Source: Candidatus Hydrogenedentota bacterium
GTDB lineage: Bacteria; Hydrogenedentota; Hydrogenedentia; Hydrogenedentales; SLHB01
Direction of reading: 5' to 3'
Assembly (NCBI GenBank): GCA_963674865.2
Contig: CAXXYE010000004.1
Location: forward strand, 448,001-512,000
DNA: 64,000 nt
This document shows positions 8,513 through 18,569 of the stretch, piece by piece. A program made the position numbers and the translations under genes. Position 1 is the first letter of the stretch. Each line of letters opens with the position of its first letter. The notes beneath the pieces are model-generated. The model searched no databases. It saw nothing but the letters and a program-made list of their open reading frames with translations, and was not told where the DNA came from.

Positions 8513-10960
8513 ATGCATGGGATTAGTGACAAGGACCTGATCCAGGCCGCGCTGGACGGGAACCGACGCGCCTACGGCCGGCTCGTCGAGCGCTATCAGT
8601 CTGCGGTGTGCGCCATAGCGTATGGAACCACGGGCGACGCAAGTCTAAGCGAAGATGTCGGCCAGGAGACCTTTGTGGCTGCGTGGAAGGGCCTGGCCGG
8701 GCTTCGGGACTTCAGCAAGTTCCGGCCGTGGCTTCTCGGCATCGCGCGCAATGTCTCGCTGCTTGCATTGAGAAAGCGCAGGCGGGACACGACGGCGCGT
8801 GCCGCGGCGCTCGACGAGGCCAAGGCCCAAACCACGAATGCCGCCACACCGCTCCAGGAGGCCATAAGCCACGAGGAGGCCAGACTCCTTTGGCAGAGCA
8901 TCGAGCGAATTCCCGAAGCCTACCGCATTCCGCTCGTCTTGTATTACCGGGAAGGATGCTCCGTCCAGTACGTGGCTGAGATGCTCGGCATTTCCAGCAA
9001 CGCGGCGAAGCAGCGCCTGTTCCGGGGGCGGCAAATGGTGCGCGAGGAAGTCGCCAAGTTTGTCGAGGGCGCCCTCGAGAAGACGCGGCCAAGACGCAGC
9101 CTGGCGCCGGGCGTCCTGGCGGCGTTATCCGGGGCACGCCTTATCCCCCTGGTGCGAAGCCTTTCGGGCGTGAGGGCGTCCCTTAGCGCGGCCTTTAAGG
9201 GGGCCGTTATCCCGGGATTTGGTGTTGCCGCGGGCGTCGTTTTGATGGCACTGACGGCCATGCTCGTGGTGCCCAAGCCCCCCGAAGCGAAGAGTGCGTC
9301 AGCGCTGGCACGGGCCGATGGAACGAGTGATCGACGCGAGGCTCCGATTGCTCCGGAAGCGGCCGCGTCCGCCACGACGGATCCGGATCCCCCGTCCAAG
9401 TTGCTGGACGAGCGGCCGTTATCTACAGAATCCACCTCAAAAGCCACAACGAGCGAGGAAGATCCTCGTCAGGCGCGCATTGACCTCGCAAGGGCCGCCT
9501 TGCGCGAGGCTTGGCTGACAAAGCCCATGGAGGCGGCCGACTCACTCGTCATCAAGGGATGGACGTACCTGGCGATGCTCGGCGAGCCGGAAGGCAAGAA
9601 GAGGCTCATGGAAGTCGTCAGGTCATTGGACAGCCAGGCCCAGCTCGCCAACTGGCACATGCTTGTCTACCTGAACGATCACGATGCCAATGACTACCTG
9701 GCTGCTATTGCCGGAGATCCACGCCAACCGCTCGACATCCGCGTGAAAGCCTTCGAAGGCATCCTCGGTGAGGAATTCGCCCCCGCCCAGCAGCTCCGTG
9801 TCCCGGAGGTCATTGAGGCATACTACCGCGACAAGATCGTCGAGTCGGACTTCGCGCTTATGCCCATGCGACGTCTTGCCGGCGCTGCCACCGAGTCGAG
9901 CCGCCCATTTCTCGAAGATATTGTGGAAGTGTGGGCTTTTGACGGCAATTCGCCCGGAAGGGCTGCCTTCGGGCACGCCTATGCCGCGCGAGCCCGGCTC
10001 GGTAAGGCCTACAAAGAGATGACAAATCCCGTTTGTGTCGTTGAAGAGGCCATCAGTGTTTTGAAACGCCTCAACAATCCCGATTCGGTTCCTCTGCTGC
10101 GTGAAGTGGCGCTCGACTCGCCGTCGTCGGAACTCCGGTGTCACGCAATCTGTGCTTTGTGCGCCATGGGAGAGGAAGCGTTTGCAGTCGAGCAGATGAT
10201 GTCACATGTCAGGAATGAGCACGACATCCTGGTGCAGATGGACTACGCCTACCATCTCGCCGAAGCGGGCAATGATTCGTATCTCTATGTGATCCGGAAC
10301 GCCATGGCGCATCGTGATGCCAACGTGCGGACTCGGGCCTACGCCGGCTTGTGCGAACTGGGCGATTCCACGTTCATCGAGGCCGCCGCCGCCGACTTCA
10401 GGGCCTCCACCGGGGAACCTGTCGGCTACTACGACATCCTGGCGGCCAATGGCCACCAGAGAGGATTCCGCCTTCAAGGGCGCCCCGGATACTTGAGCAC
10501 AGTCTTGCGGGATTACCTCTATACGCTCACCAGGCAATGCCGAACGCCGCAGGCCGAGCACCTCGGACTGAGCGCACTCCTGAGCGGCAGCGACAAGCAA
10601 CTCCGACTCGTCTTGCCTCTGGCCGAGAAGGTGTTGCGAGAACCGCCGGTAACTTGGCCCGCTGCCGGCCTACCGGACAAGAACACGTCCTGCGCTCATA
10701 GCGCACAGGTAATGAAGCTGGTCGTTATGGTGCGAGCTGGCGACGACGGACTTCAAGACCTGGCGGTTGCTCGCGTCCAGGCGATGTACGAACACGACTC
10801 GGCGGCGAGGGGTTCGCTCATGTTTCTGGCACGATGGGCACGCTCCCCTAAAATGGCGCCGCTCTTTGCTCGCATCATCGAGAAGACGCCCAACGCCAAT
10901 GAGCGTGTCATGGCCGCGGCATGGCTGCTCGCCAACGAGGCAGGTGTCCTTCCCGAATGA
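8513..10960 (+). CDS. ECF sigma factor with TM segment and HEAT-like C-terminal extension
   Basis: Region 2 EDVGQETFVAAW..FRPWLLGIARN; region 4 IPEAYRIPLVLYYREG..VAEMLGIS..KQRLFRGR; hydrophobic VAAGVVLMALTAMLVV; HEAT-like repeats (DANVRTRAYAGL). Start at MHGISD after GGAG. Confidence 0.85.
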   Translation: MHGISDKDLIQAALDGNRRAYGRLVERYQSAVCAIAYGTTGDASLSEDVGQETFVAAWKGLAGLRDFSKFRPWLLGIARNVSLLALRKRRRDTTARAAALDEAKAQTTNAATPLQEAISHEEARLLWQSIERIPEAYRIPLVLYYREGCSVQYVAEMLGISSNAAKQRLFRGRQMVREEVAKFVEGALEKTRPRRSLAPGVLAALSGARLIPLVRSLSGVRASLSAAFKGAVIPGFGVAAGVVLMALTAMLVVPKPPEAKSASALARADGTSDRREAPIAPEAAASATTDPDPPSKLLDERPLSTESTSKATTSEEDPRQARIDLARAALREAWLTKPMEAADSLVIKGWTYLAMLGEPEGKKRLMEVVRSLDSQAQLANWHMLVYLNDHDANDYLAAIAGDPRQPLDIRVKAFEGILGEEFAPAQQLRVPEVIEAYYRDKIVESDFALMPMRRLAGAATESSRPFLEDIVEVWAFDGNSPGRAAFGHAYAARARLGKAYKEMTNPVCVVEEAISVLKRLNNPDSVPLLREVALDSPSSELRCHAICALCAMGEEAFAVEQMMSHVRNEHDILVQMDYAYHLAEAGNDSYLYVIRNAMAHRDANVRTRAYAGLCELGDSTFIEAAAADFRASTGEPVGYYDILAANGHQRGFRLQGRPGYLSTVLRDYLYTLTRQCRTPQAEHLGLSALLSGSDKQLRLVLPLAEKVLREPPVTWPAAGLPDKNTSCAHSAQVMKLVVMVRAGDDGLQDLAVARVQAMYEHDSAARGSLMFLARWARSPKMAPLFARIIEKTPNANERVMAAAWLLANEAGVLPE

Positions 10961-11014
10961 TGTGGGCGCCCTTGGCGGCATGCACCTGTAGGGTCCTATT
11001 ACTCATCCTACATA

Positions 11015-12271
11015 CTAGTGCAACCTGATCCAGCGCAGCAATTCCCACAGCGAAGGTTGCTTGCCGTACATGAGGATGCCTGTCCGGAAGATTTTGGCGG
11101 CGGCCCACATGATTGCGGGGACGGAGAGCGCGAGAACAACGAGGGACATGATGATCTGGAATATGGATAGGTCGGGCTGTGCGGCCAGACGCGTGATCAT
11201 GATCATGGGCGCCGTCGGCGGAATGAAGGACAAGGATATAGCCAGCGGGCCGTCCGGATACTGCACGATATAGAACCAGGCCGCGAGAGGCAGCGTGATG
11301 AGAATCATGAGTGGCGTCATAAGCCCTTGGGCCTCCTTGAGCGTGTTGCAGGCCGCACCGATGGCCGCGAAGAGCGATGAGAACATGAGGAAGCCAAGGA
11401 CAAAGTAGCACAGGAAATAGCCAAGGCCGACGGTGCTGAAAAGATTGCCCCAGCCTTGGGACAGCGCGACGCCATAGGCCACGACGCCCCATATCAAGAC
11501 GACTGTCAGGCCGATGGCGCCCAGTCCGAGGATCTTGCCGGCCATAAGTTGGAAGGGGCTGAGCGCCGAAAGCAGTACCTCAATCACGCGGGAGTTCTTC
11601 TCTTCAATGACGCTGGTGAGCATGCCTTGGCTCGTCCCTAGTATGCCTAGGAACATCAGGAACAGAAGGAAGGCCGGTGTCATGATCCGGGCGATGGGCG
11701 GGCCCAACCGATCAGTCTCCTCCGTTACGTCCACCTGGGCCACGGGGACGGGCCGGCGAATCTCATCGGCAATATCTGGTGACAGGTTGCGTTGGCGGAT
11801 GCGCGCATTGACGACGGCGTCGCGTAGAAGTCTTCGGACGGCCTGAAACGTCTGCATGTCGCTGATCTTCTTGGCTTTCATGAGCAGCCGTGAGGGCTCT
11901 GTTCCAGTCAAGACCGCCTCGTTGACGACGAGGCAGGCAGCGAATTTGCCTTCCCGGACCTTACGCTTGAGTTGCTCTACGCCCCCGGATTTATCCGCTT
12001 CGTAGATCGTCGGCGTCATCACGCGTTGAGGATTGGCCTTGTTGTACTCCCTGAAGGCCTGCGACAAATCCTGGGCCACCTCGCCGGAGAGATCGAGGAT
12101 GGCGATGGCCTGCGCGGACGTAGGGCCGTGCTCGATGCGGTGCTGCATCTTGTGCATGAAGAAGATGATGCCGCACATGAGCACCGGCGTCAGAAACACG
12201 CCGAAAAGGAAGATCTTGGTTCTCGCGGTTTCGATATACTCGCGCTTGGCGACGGCCAGTATCTTATTCAT
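11015..12271 (-). CDS. ABC-2 type transporter permease (NatB-like)
   Basis: VAKREY, IEEKNSRVIEVLLS, LMAGKILG, KIFRTGILMYGK. Confidence 0.9.
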   Translation of the reverse strand: MNKILAVAKREYIETARTKIFLFGVFLTPVLMCGIIFFMHKMQHRIEHGPTSAQAIAILDLSGEVAQDLSQAFREYNKANPQRVMTPTIYEADKSGGVEQLKRKVREGKFAACLVVNEAVLTGTEPSRLLMKAKKISDMQTFQAVRRLLRDAVVNARIRQRNLSPDIADEIRRPVPVAQVDVTEETDRLGPPIARIMTPAFLLFLMFLGILGTSQGMLTSVIEEKNSRVIEVLLSALSPFQLMAGKILGLGAIGLTVVLIWGVVAYGVALSQGWGNLFSTVGLGYFLCYFVLGFLMFSSLFAAIGAACNTLKEAQGLMTPLMILITLPLAAWFYIVQYPDGPLAISLSFIPPTAPMIMITRLAAQPDLSIFQIIMSLVVLALSVPAIMWAAAKIFRTGILMYGKQPSLWELLRWIRLH

Positions 12272-13166
12272 GCTCCCCCCGTACAAGTTCGACGAAGATC
12301 TCGCGCAAACAAGGTATTTTCACCTCGAATCGCCGCACACGGACTCTCGCTACGAGTGCCTCGAGGAGGTCCTGTGAGTCGGCGCCGTCCCGCAAGATCA
12401 CCTCCATACCGCCGTTCTGTCTGGTTGCGGCACCTACCATCGGAAGATCGGCAATGAAGGCGGTGTCGCCCTCCGCCTCGATGATGACGGCGCCGGAAGA
12501 GTGCTGCGCGCGGATGGCCTCAAGGGGGCCGTCAATCACTTTCGCTCCGTTGTTGATCAGGAGGATCAGGTCGCATAGTTGTTCGGCTTGCTCCATCACA
12601 TGTGTCGAGAAGATCACTGTCTTGCCGCTGTCGCGGAGGCGAAGCACAATGTCCTTAAGTAGATCCAGATTGATGGGATCAAGGCCGGAGAACGGCTCGT
12701 CGAGGATGAGCAGGTCGGGGTCCTTCAAGATAGTGGCGACAAACTGGAGTCTCTGCTGCATGCCACGGGAAAGCCCCTCCACCTTCTTGTCGGCGCAGTC
12801 GCTGAGGTCAACTTCCTGCAGCCAGTAATCGATGGCCGCATCGAGGGCGGCGCGCGAGAGTCCGCTGATCGCTCCGATGTAGCGCAGTACATTACGGACG
12901 CTCATCTTCGGATAGAGGCCGCGCTCCTCGGGCATATAGCCGATCCTGTGCTTGGCGGCCGCGGCTGAGGAGTTGCCGAATAGGGAGATGGCGCCGCTGT
13001 CCGGGCAGATGATGCTCATGATCATGCGGAGCGTTGTGGTCTTGCCGGCGCCATTGGGGCCCAGGAAGCCGTAGACGCTACCGGCAGGTACCTGCACACT
13101 CAAGCCATCCACGGCCTGGGTGGCCCCGAAGGATTTGGACACGTTCTCCAGCCGCAAGGCATCCAT
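12264..13166 (-). CDS. ABC transporter ATP-binding protein (NatA-like)
   Basis: GPNGAGKTT, LSRGMQQR, LILDEPFSGLDP; overlaps permease start. Confidence 0.93.
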   Translation of the reverse strand: MDALRLENVSKSFGATQAVDGLSVQVPAGSVYGFLGPNGAGKTTTLRMIMSIICPDSGAISLFGNSSAAAAKHRIGYMPEERGLYPKMSVRNVLRYIGAISGLSRAALDAAIDYWLQEVDLSDCADKKVEGLSRGMQQRLQFVATILKDPDLLILDEPFSGLDPINLDLLKDIVLRLRDSGKTVIFSTHVMEQAEQLCDLILLINNGAKVIDGPLEAIRAQHSSGAVIIEAEGDTAFIADLPMVGAATRQNGGMEVILRDGADSQDLLEALVARVRVRRFEVKIPCLREIFVELVRGEHE

Positions 13167-13383
13167 CAACACCTGCCCTTCTTGAGGCCCTCGTCAGGAA
13201 GGCTCCCCTTGCTCTGAGCGATTCCACCCGCTTGCGCGACGTGTGGACTTGGCCGCGGGACTTCGCTGCTGTCAGTGGACAAGTACACCGGAAATCATGC
13301 CGTTATTCTGCTTCGGGCGCAAATCGCCCAGCCAAGACGTCCGTGCCCTTGTCGAGGGACTTCTTCCGGCCTGTCACCCAGCT

Positions 13384-14493
13384 CTAAGCCGTTGGCGCTT
13401 GGCCGGGCCATGTGGCGATATGGGCGTAGCTTTTCCCGGCAGTGAGTTTCTGTGCGCGGCGACGGATTTCCGGATTGGGATCGTACAGTGCAAGCTCAAA
13501 GACCCGGCGGTGCTCTCCCGGATCCAATGCCGAGAGCAGCGCGGCTGACTCGACGCGCACGCAGCGGGATGGATCCTTCAGGCCGTACTCGATCCAGCCG
13601 GCCGCGTCCTCGCCCGCGTGTCTGGCGATAGCCGCGATAGCCGCGGCCCGGACGCGTCTGTCTTCCGAATCGGCAAGTGGGGCGATGACTTCCGGATCGC
13701 CCTGTGCGCTCCGGCGCATGGTGTGTAAGGCAGCAACGCGGACCTCGACCGATTCGTCTTCGAGGCACATCACGCACCAATCAAAGAGGTCGGGGACGAC
13801 GAGCTTCTCCAGAAGGGCTAGGCCGCGCGTGCGTCTCTCAGGCTTGTCCGCCAGCAGGCATTCCAGAGCCTCATCTTCGCGCGGATCGAGTTCCAGCGCG
13901 TCCACCTCTGCGTCAAGGTTGATGTTCAACTCGATGGACGTCACCTTGCGATGGGCATGCAGACGGCTCGCATCGATCTCCACACCTTCGAAGAAATCCG
14001 GTAGCCAGTGCCGGGCCACATCGAGGAGTTCCGTGGAGTGAATCCGGCCGTCGGGATTGGCCGCGAACCTGGCGGCTATCCATCGGGAGAGACGCAGGAC
14101 GCCGGGATGGCGCCGACTGACGCCCTTGTAAGGCTTCAAGCGCAGCAAGTCGTTGGCCCACGCCGCGATCTCGTCGGGCGTGGTGGGCTGCTCGGTAACG
14201 TGTGGGAATGAGCGAAGAACCGTGACGGGGACCGGGCCGTCCACCGCGATAATCCCGCCGGCAGTGCAGAACACCCGGTGTTTGCCCACGAGAGCCCGTA
14301 GCCGGCCAAGGTCGAGTTCGCAAACCAGGATGACCGGGCGGTCATGGGCGCGGCGGGCCTGGGTCTTGGCACGACCTTTGGCATAATGCCTGTTCGCCGC
14401 GAACCAAACTCGCCGCGACGGCTTCTTAGGCTTGAATCCTTCGACGCATATCCGCTGGGCCCGCCGGTGCGTGGTGCCGTGGTAGGCGATCAT
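13384..14493 (-). CDS. HEAT-repeat protein with N-terminal ADP-ribosyltransferase-like (YHGT) domain
   Basis: N-terminal AYHGT..AQRICVEGF..VWFA..YA..PVILVCELD; C-terminal HEAT repeats DESVEVRVAAL, EDRRVRAAAI, DPSRCVRVESA, DPNPEIRRRA. Confidence 0.65.
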   Translation of the reverse strand: MIAYHGTTHRRAQRICVEGFKPKKPSRRVWFAANRHYAKGRAKTQARRAHDRPVILVCELDLGRLRALVGKHRVFCTAGGIIAVDGPVPVTVLRSFPHVTEQPTTPDEIAAWANDLLRLKPYKGVSRRHPGVLRLSRWIAARFAANPDGRIHSTELLDVARHWLPDFFEGVEIDASRLHAHRKVTSIELNINLDAEVDALELDPREDEALECLLADKPERRTRGLALLEKLVVPDLFDWCVMCLEDESVEVRVAALHTMRRSAQGDPEVIAPLADSEDRRVRAAAIAAIARHAGEDAAGWIEYGLKDPSRCVRVESAALLSALDPGEHRRVFELALYDPNPEIRRRAQKLTAGKSYAHIATWPGQAPTA

Positions 14494-14505
14494 GGCGCGG
14501 CCTCC

Positions 14506-15060
14506 TCAGGCCGTTGGGCCGGCAGGCCGAAGGCTATATGTTATTGGGCGCTTAATCTTCTCAAAGCGCTTTCGGCCTTCTGGACTCAGACACCGAAACG
14601 CCTGCGGCGACAAGGTGACGCCCCGGCGCCCCAGACGCGCGGCGATGTTGACGGTTTTCCCGATAACATCGAACCGCTCGCCGCCCGGAGGGCCGAAGCT
14701 GCCCGCCAGCACCGGCCCCACGTGAATGTTGACGTTGAGATAGGCATCGAGCCCGGAAGTAAGGGCCAGTTGCCTTGCCGCCTCCGCGAGTTCGCAAAGG
14801 GCGAAGATGACATCCTCCGCCGCGTCCGTCGGGAATGCGGCGAGGCCCGCATCGCCCATGCACTTGACGATCCTTCCCTCGGCCGGCTCGATGCGCTCCG
14901 CGGCCAGAGTGTAGAACGCCTGCAAAAACGCGGCGATTCGCTCATCTTCATCGCTGGATGACCACTCGGCGAAGCGAGAGAAATCGAAGAAGGCGATGCC
15001 GAGTGTTTGGGATTCGACATCCGGGGGCAGCGGCGTGGGAACCTTGGCGTGCTTGGACAT
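14506..15060 (-). CDS. Standalone class III adenylate/guanylate cyclase domain protein
   Basis: FFDFSRFA, KCMGDAG, IHVGPV, FDVIGKTVNIAARL; start at MSKHA after GGGAG. Confidence 0.85.
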   Translation of the reverse strand: MSKHAKVPTPLPPDVESQTLGIAFFDFSRFAEWSSSDEDERIAAFLQAFYTLAAERIEPAEGRIVKCMGDAGLAAFPTDAAEDVIFALCELAEAARQLALTSGLDAYLNVNIHVGPVLAGSFGPPGGERFDVIGKTVNIAARLGRRGVTLSPQAFRCLSPEGRKRFEKIKRPITYSLRPAGPTA

Positions 15061-15171
15061 AACGGTGCTCCCTGTTCTGATAAGGCATATAACGTTGGCC
15101 TCGGCCAGCCATGGCGGCCGGTGATCCAACAAGTTCATTGTATGCCGAAAGCCGCAAAAGGACAAGCACAA

Positions 15172-15200
15172 TTGACACGCGTTCTTGCCGGCCTTACCAT
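15172..15200 (+). promoter_or_regulatory. Putative sigma70 promoter
   Basis: TTGACA-N17-TACCAT, 30 nt upstream of the ATG at 15231. Confidence 0.6.
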
Positions 15201-15230
15201 CCGGGCCAGTGCGTTTCGTGGCCGGAGGCG

Positions 15231-16043
15231 ATGATGAACAGGCGGTGGTGCATAGCGAACATGGTGTGGCGTATCGGCGAAGTACTCGATTTCCACGAAC
15301 AAGTGGCTTGGATACGCGAGGCCGGATTCGACGGCGTAGGATTCCATGCCAGTCCGGGGACTCGGGGAGAATGGCAAGGGGTGGATCCCGGCGCTTGTAT
15401 AGGCGACGCGCGGATGCGGCTGCGCGACGAGATGAGGCGCCTGGCATGTGTGGAGGTTCACGCGCCGTTTGAGATCGAACTCCGAGGGGAGGAGCCATTG
15501 TCCAGCGTGTCGGTGTTGCGGCCCATTGTCCAATTCGCAGGGGACGTGGCTGCCGGGATTGTCACGGTCCACGGCCAGCTGCCGGAGGATGATGCGAAAG
15601 CGTCCCAATGGGCGGACGCGATGGCTCAACTGGACGCCGAAGCCGTCCACGCGAAGACGGTCGTGGGGCTGGAGCTTGTCGAGGGATTCGATATGCTTAG
15701 ACGCTGGAACTTATCGAATATCGGCGTTACTCTGGATGTCGGCCACATGTACGCGCGGGATGAGGGTCGCCACTTGGCGTCTCTTGGCGGCATCGGCGCG
15801 GTCATTCGACAGCTAGGGAGTTTTCTTGTTCATCTTCATCTCCACGACTACGACGGCGAACGCGATCACATCGAGTGCGGCCAAGGTATGGTTGACTTCG
15901 CCGAGATCGCCGCTGCCTTGCGGGACATCAACTACCTCGGCGCAGTGTGCCTTGAACTTAATCCCAGACGCGTGGCGCCCCGAGGGATACTCCGAAGCAA
16001 ACGGTATCTGGAGAGGTGCTTTCGCAAGGTGCGTGAAACATGA
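15231..16043 (+). CDS. Sugar phosphate isomerase/epimerase (xylose isomerase-like TIM barrel)
   Basis: VHAPF, GLE, TLDVGH, HLHLHD, DH..CGQG.VDF, CLE. Confidence 0.85.
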   Translation: MMNRRWCIANMVWRIGEVLDFHEQVAWIREAGFDGVGFHASPGTRGEWQGVDPGACIGDARMRLRDEMRRLACVEVHAPFEIELRGEEPLSSVSVLRPIVQFAGDVAAGIVTVHGQLPEDDAKASQWADAMAQLDAEAVHAKTVVGLELVEGFDMLRRWNLSNIGVTLDVGHMYARDEGRHLASLGGIGAVIRQLGSFLVHLHLHDYDGERDHIECGQGMVDFAEIAAALRDINYLGAVCLELNPRRVAPRGILRSKRYLERCFRKVRET

Positions 16044-16810
16044 AGCGGCTCTGGATTGCAGATGTGCATGCGAATCTTCGCGCGTTCGAAGCGGTACTCG
16101 ATGACGCCGGCTCCGTGGATGAAATCGTCTTCCTCGGCGACATCGTCGGATTTGGCCCGCATCCGTCCGCGTGTCTCGAATTGCTTCGGCGAATCGAGGC
16201 GCGGGCCGCTGTGGGCAACCACGATTCATCCATTGCCGCAAGAAGGGGGCGGGCTCCTCGGCTCTCAACGCCGGTCGATTGGGATGAGTGGACGCTCAGC
16301 CAACTCACTAGAGAACAGCTTGCCTACTTGGCATCGCTGCCGGAGGCGCTTTCGATATCCTCCGATGGGCGCGAGATCGTGGCGATGCACCATCCCCCCG
16401 GCGCGCCCTACCTGCACCCCGCCATGCCGGATGATGTGCTGGCTGCCCACTTCAAGGGCGTGTCTGGGGCGGAGGTGTTCTGCGGCCATTCGCACCGCGC
16501 TATTGATCGGAGAGTGGAAGGGCGCCGGCTTGTATGCATTCCCGCCGTCGGCCAGTCCCGCAATGGCGATGTTCGCGCCGGATATGCCATTGAGCAGGAT
16601 GGGGAGCTGCAGTTCCGGTTCGTGTCGTATGATATCGAGCAGGTTGTTCGCGACATAGAGGCCATCGGCCTTCCAGAGCCCTTTGGCACACGTTGGATTG
16701 GCTTTCTTCGCAAAGGCTATGACGCTGTGTGGTCGAGGGAATGGCCGCCGCACGAAGAGGCGGCAACCCTTTCAGCCTCAGGGGCCGTACTCGGGAGATC
16801 CAAAGCATGA
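16040..16810 (+). CDS. Metallophosphoesterase (calcineurin-like)
   Basis: DVHAN, LGDIVG, GNHD, CGHSH; ATGA overlap with upstream gene. Confidence 0.9.
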   Translation: MKRLWIADVHANLRAFEAVLDDAGSVDEIVFLGDIVGFGPHPSACLELLRRIEARAAVGNHDSSIAARRGRAPRLSTPVDWDEWTLSQLTREQLAYLASLPEALSISSDGREIVAMHHPPGAPYLHPAMPDDVLAAHFKGVSGAEVFCGHSHRAIDRRVEGRRLVCIPAVGQSRNGDVRAGYAIEQDGELQFRFVSYDIEQVVRDIEAIGLPEPFGTRWIGFLRKGYDAVWSREWPPHEEAATLSASGAVLGRSKA

Positions 16811-17283
16811 CAGATGAAGCGCGGCGAAGACCTGACGATTTCTCTGTTCGCTATTCCTGGCGGGAGGGGGCATTGCCGCCCCCTCATCACTACGAATACG
16901 TCATCGAGGTCGGCCCCGGCCCAGTAGGCAAGATCACCTTCTATCCTGATTATCCGATGGAGAATCCGCCCGTGTGGGAAGAGAAACTCGACGTAGAGTT
17001 GGAGAAACTCGACGAACTCCATACGTTCCTCGCCAAAGGGAACATGATTCGCGGAGACTGGGAGGAAGCTGAGGATGACGCCGTGGGAGGGCGTCTCGAA
17101 TGGATGGAGATCAGGTCGAATGGTGAGCGGCACATGGTACCTAGCGGCATTCGCGATCCGGAGAACGTGGTGGGAGTATACCAATTCATTCAATCACTCG
17201 TGGGCGATGCGGTTTGGGAAAAACTGATGGCCCAACGCGATGAGTACATGAAAGGCTACGCGGCAGGACACGGGGGGGGATGA
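16807..17283 (+). CDS. Hypothetical protein
   Basis: ATGA-coupled to the phosphoesterase; globular acidic sequence (YSWREGALPPPHHYEY). Confidence 0.7.
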   Translation: MTDEARRRPDDFSVRYSWREGALPPPHHYEYVIEVGPGPVGKITFYPDYPMENPPVWEEKLDVELEKLDELHTFLAKGNMIRGDWEEAEDDAVGGRLEWMEIRSNGERHMVPSGIRDPENVVGVYQFIQSLVGDAVWEKLMAQRDEYMKGYAAGHGGG

Positions 17284-17303
17284 AGCCGGGGCAGGCCAGG
17301 AGC

Positions 17304-18569
17304 CTACGGGACGGCGCGCAGGAATTCCTCATATTGTCTGCTCGCTTCCCGTTGGGCGTCGGCGCGTATGCCGTCCAGATCGCGGAAGTGCTGGCCGAGA
17401 ATGCCTGTGACACGCGGATCCATCTCGCCACCTCGAACCATCCCGTCCAGAATGCCTTTGGCTTCATCCGGACTCATCCCCTTCCGGTAGGGCCGGTCTT
17501 CCGTCAGGGCGGTGAACACGTCCGCCACGGCCATGATCCGTGATCCGAGGGGCAGGTCATCCCCGGTGAGGTGGAAGGGGTAGCCCGTGCCGTTCATGCG
17601 TTCCTGGTGGAATGACGCCCAGGCCCGAACATCGCCCAGGCCCTCAATGGGTTCAAGGATGCGAAAGGTGTGGTAAACGTGCCACTGCATAACGGCGAAC
17701 TCACCGGCTTCGAGACGGGCCGGCTTCTCAAGAATCTCGAGCGGAATGCCCAGCTTCCCGAGATCGTGCAGGCATCCCGCAACACGCATCATGCGGCACT
17801 CATTCTCTGAAAAGCCATGGAGGCGAGCCAATTCCTCGGCCGTGGCAACCACGCCGCTACAGTGCGTGGCGGTGTAGTGGCTGCGGAAGTCGATGATGGT
17901 TCGGAACAGATTGCCGAGATCTTCAAGTCCCCTGCCATCAAGTTCCACGGGCTCCAGGCAAGTGCGGCTCCTGAGGACAGGCGCCACGGAGGGTGAGCCT
18001 AAGTCTAGCCAGAAGAACTCTTTGCCGGCTATGCTATCGAATGCCTCGACCAACTCCGGCATGAACATAACGCCGGTCTTCTCCCTGATCTTCTTTCGAA
18101 TGCTCTGTGTCTGTGTGAGAATGGCCTCCCCGCGTTCAAGAAGGACGGCGACGCGGTCGGCAAGGTGAATGATGTGGCTTCCCAAAGCCACTTCCTCCCC
18201 GCCAAATTCCCGGCCACCGCCGTCGGCCCACGGTACATGGTGATGTTTCACGAATTCCGCGGCCTCGGCGAAAGGCTGGAAAGCGGTGAGCAGCTGGTGG
18301 CCGATCCACGCGTGTCGGTGAGGTCGGATGAGTTCGAAGTCGAGTGTGTCGCGGCGCTCCTTGGCCGAGAACGCCCCAATGTCGTGAAGGGCCGCGGCCA
18401 GGAACACGGCGTTGCGGTGGTCGGGCTCCAGGTCGAGTTCATCGGCGATGGCACTGGCTATGTAAGCCACCTGCAGATGGTGATCCACGACCACAGGACT
18501 CAGGAGGTCCATGGCGTCAGAGATGCTGATGATGAGGTCGAAGAGCGGGATTCGGGTCGGCCTGTTCAT
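17304..18569 (-). CDS. Tandem HD / HD-GYP domain phosphodiesterase
   Basis: First domain LHDIG..HHH..HLAD; second LHDLGK..HQERMNGTGYP..AVADVFTALTEDRPYRKG. Confidence 0.9.
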   Translation of the reverse strand: MNRPTRIPLFDLIISISDAMDLLSPVVVDHHLQVAYIASAIADELDLEPDHRNAVFLAAALHDIGAFSAKERRDTLDFELIRPHRHAWIGHQLLTAFQPFAEAAEFVKHHHVPWADGGGREFGGEEVALGSHIIHLADRVAVLLERGEAILTQTQSIRKKIREKTGVMFMPELVEAFDSIAGKEFFWLDLGSPSVAPVLRSRTCLEPVELDGRGLEDLGNLFRTIIDFRSHYTATHCSGVVATAEELARLHGFSENECRMMRVAGCLHDLGKLGIPLEILEKPARLEAGEFAVMQWHVYHTFRILEPIEGLGDVRAWASFHQERMNGTGYPFHLTGDDLPLGSRIMAVADVFTALTEDRPYRKGMSPDEAKGILDGMVRGGEMDPRVTGILGQHFRDLDGIRADAQREASRQYEEFLRAVP

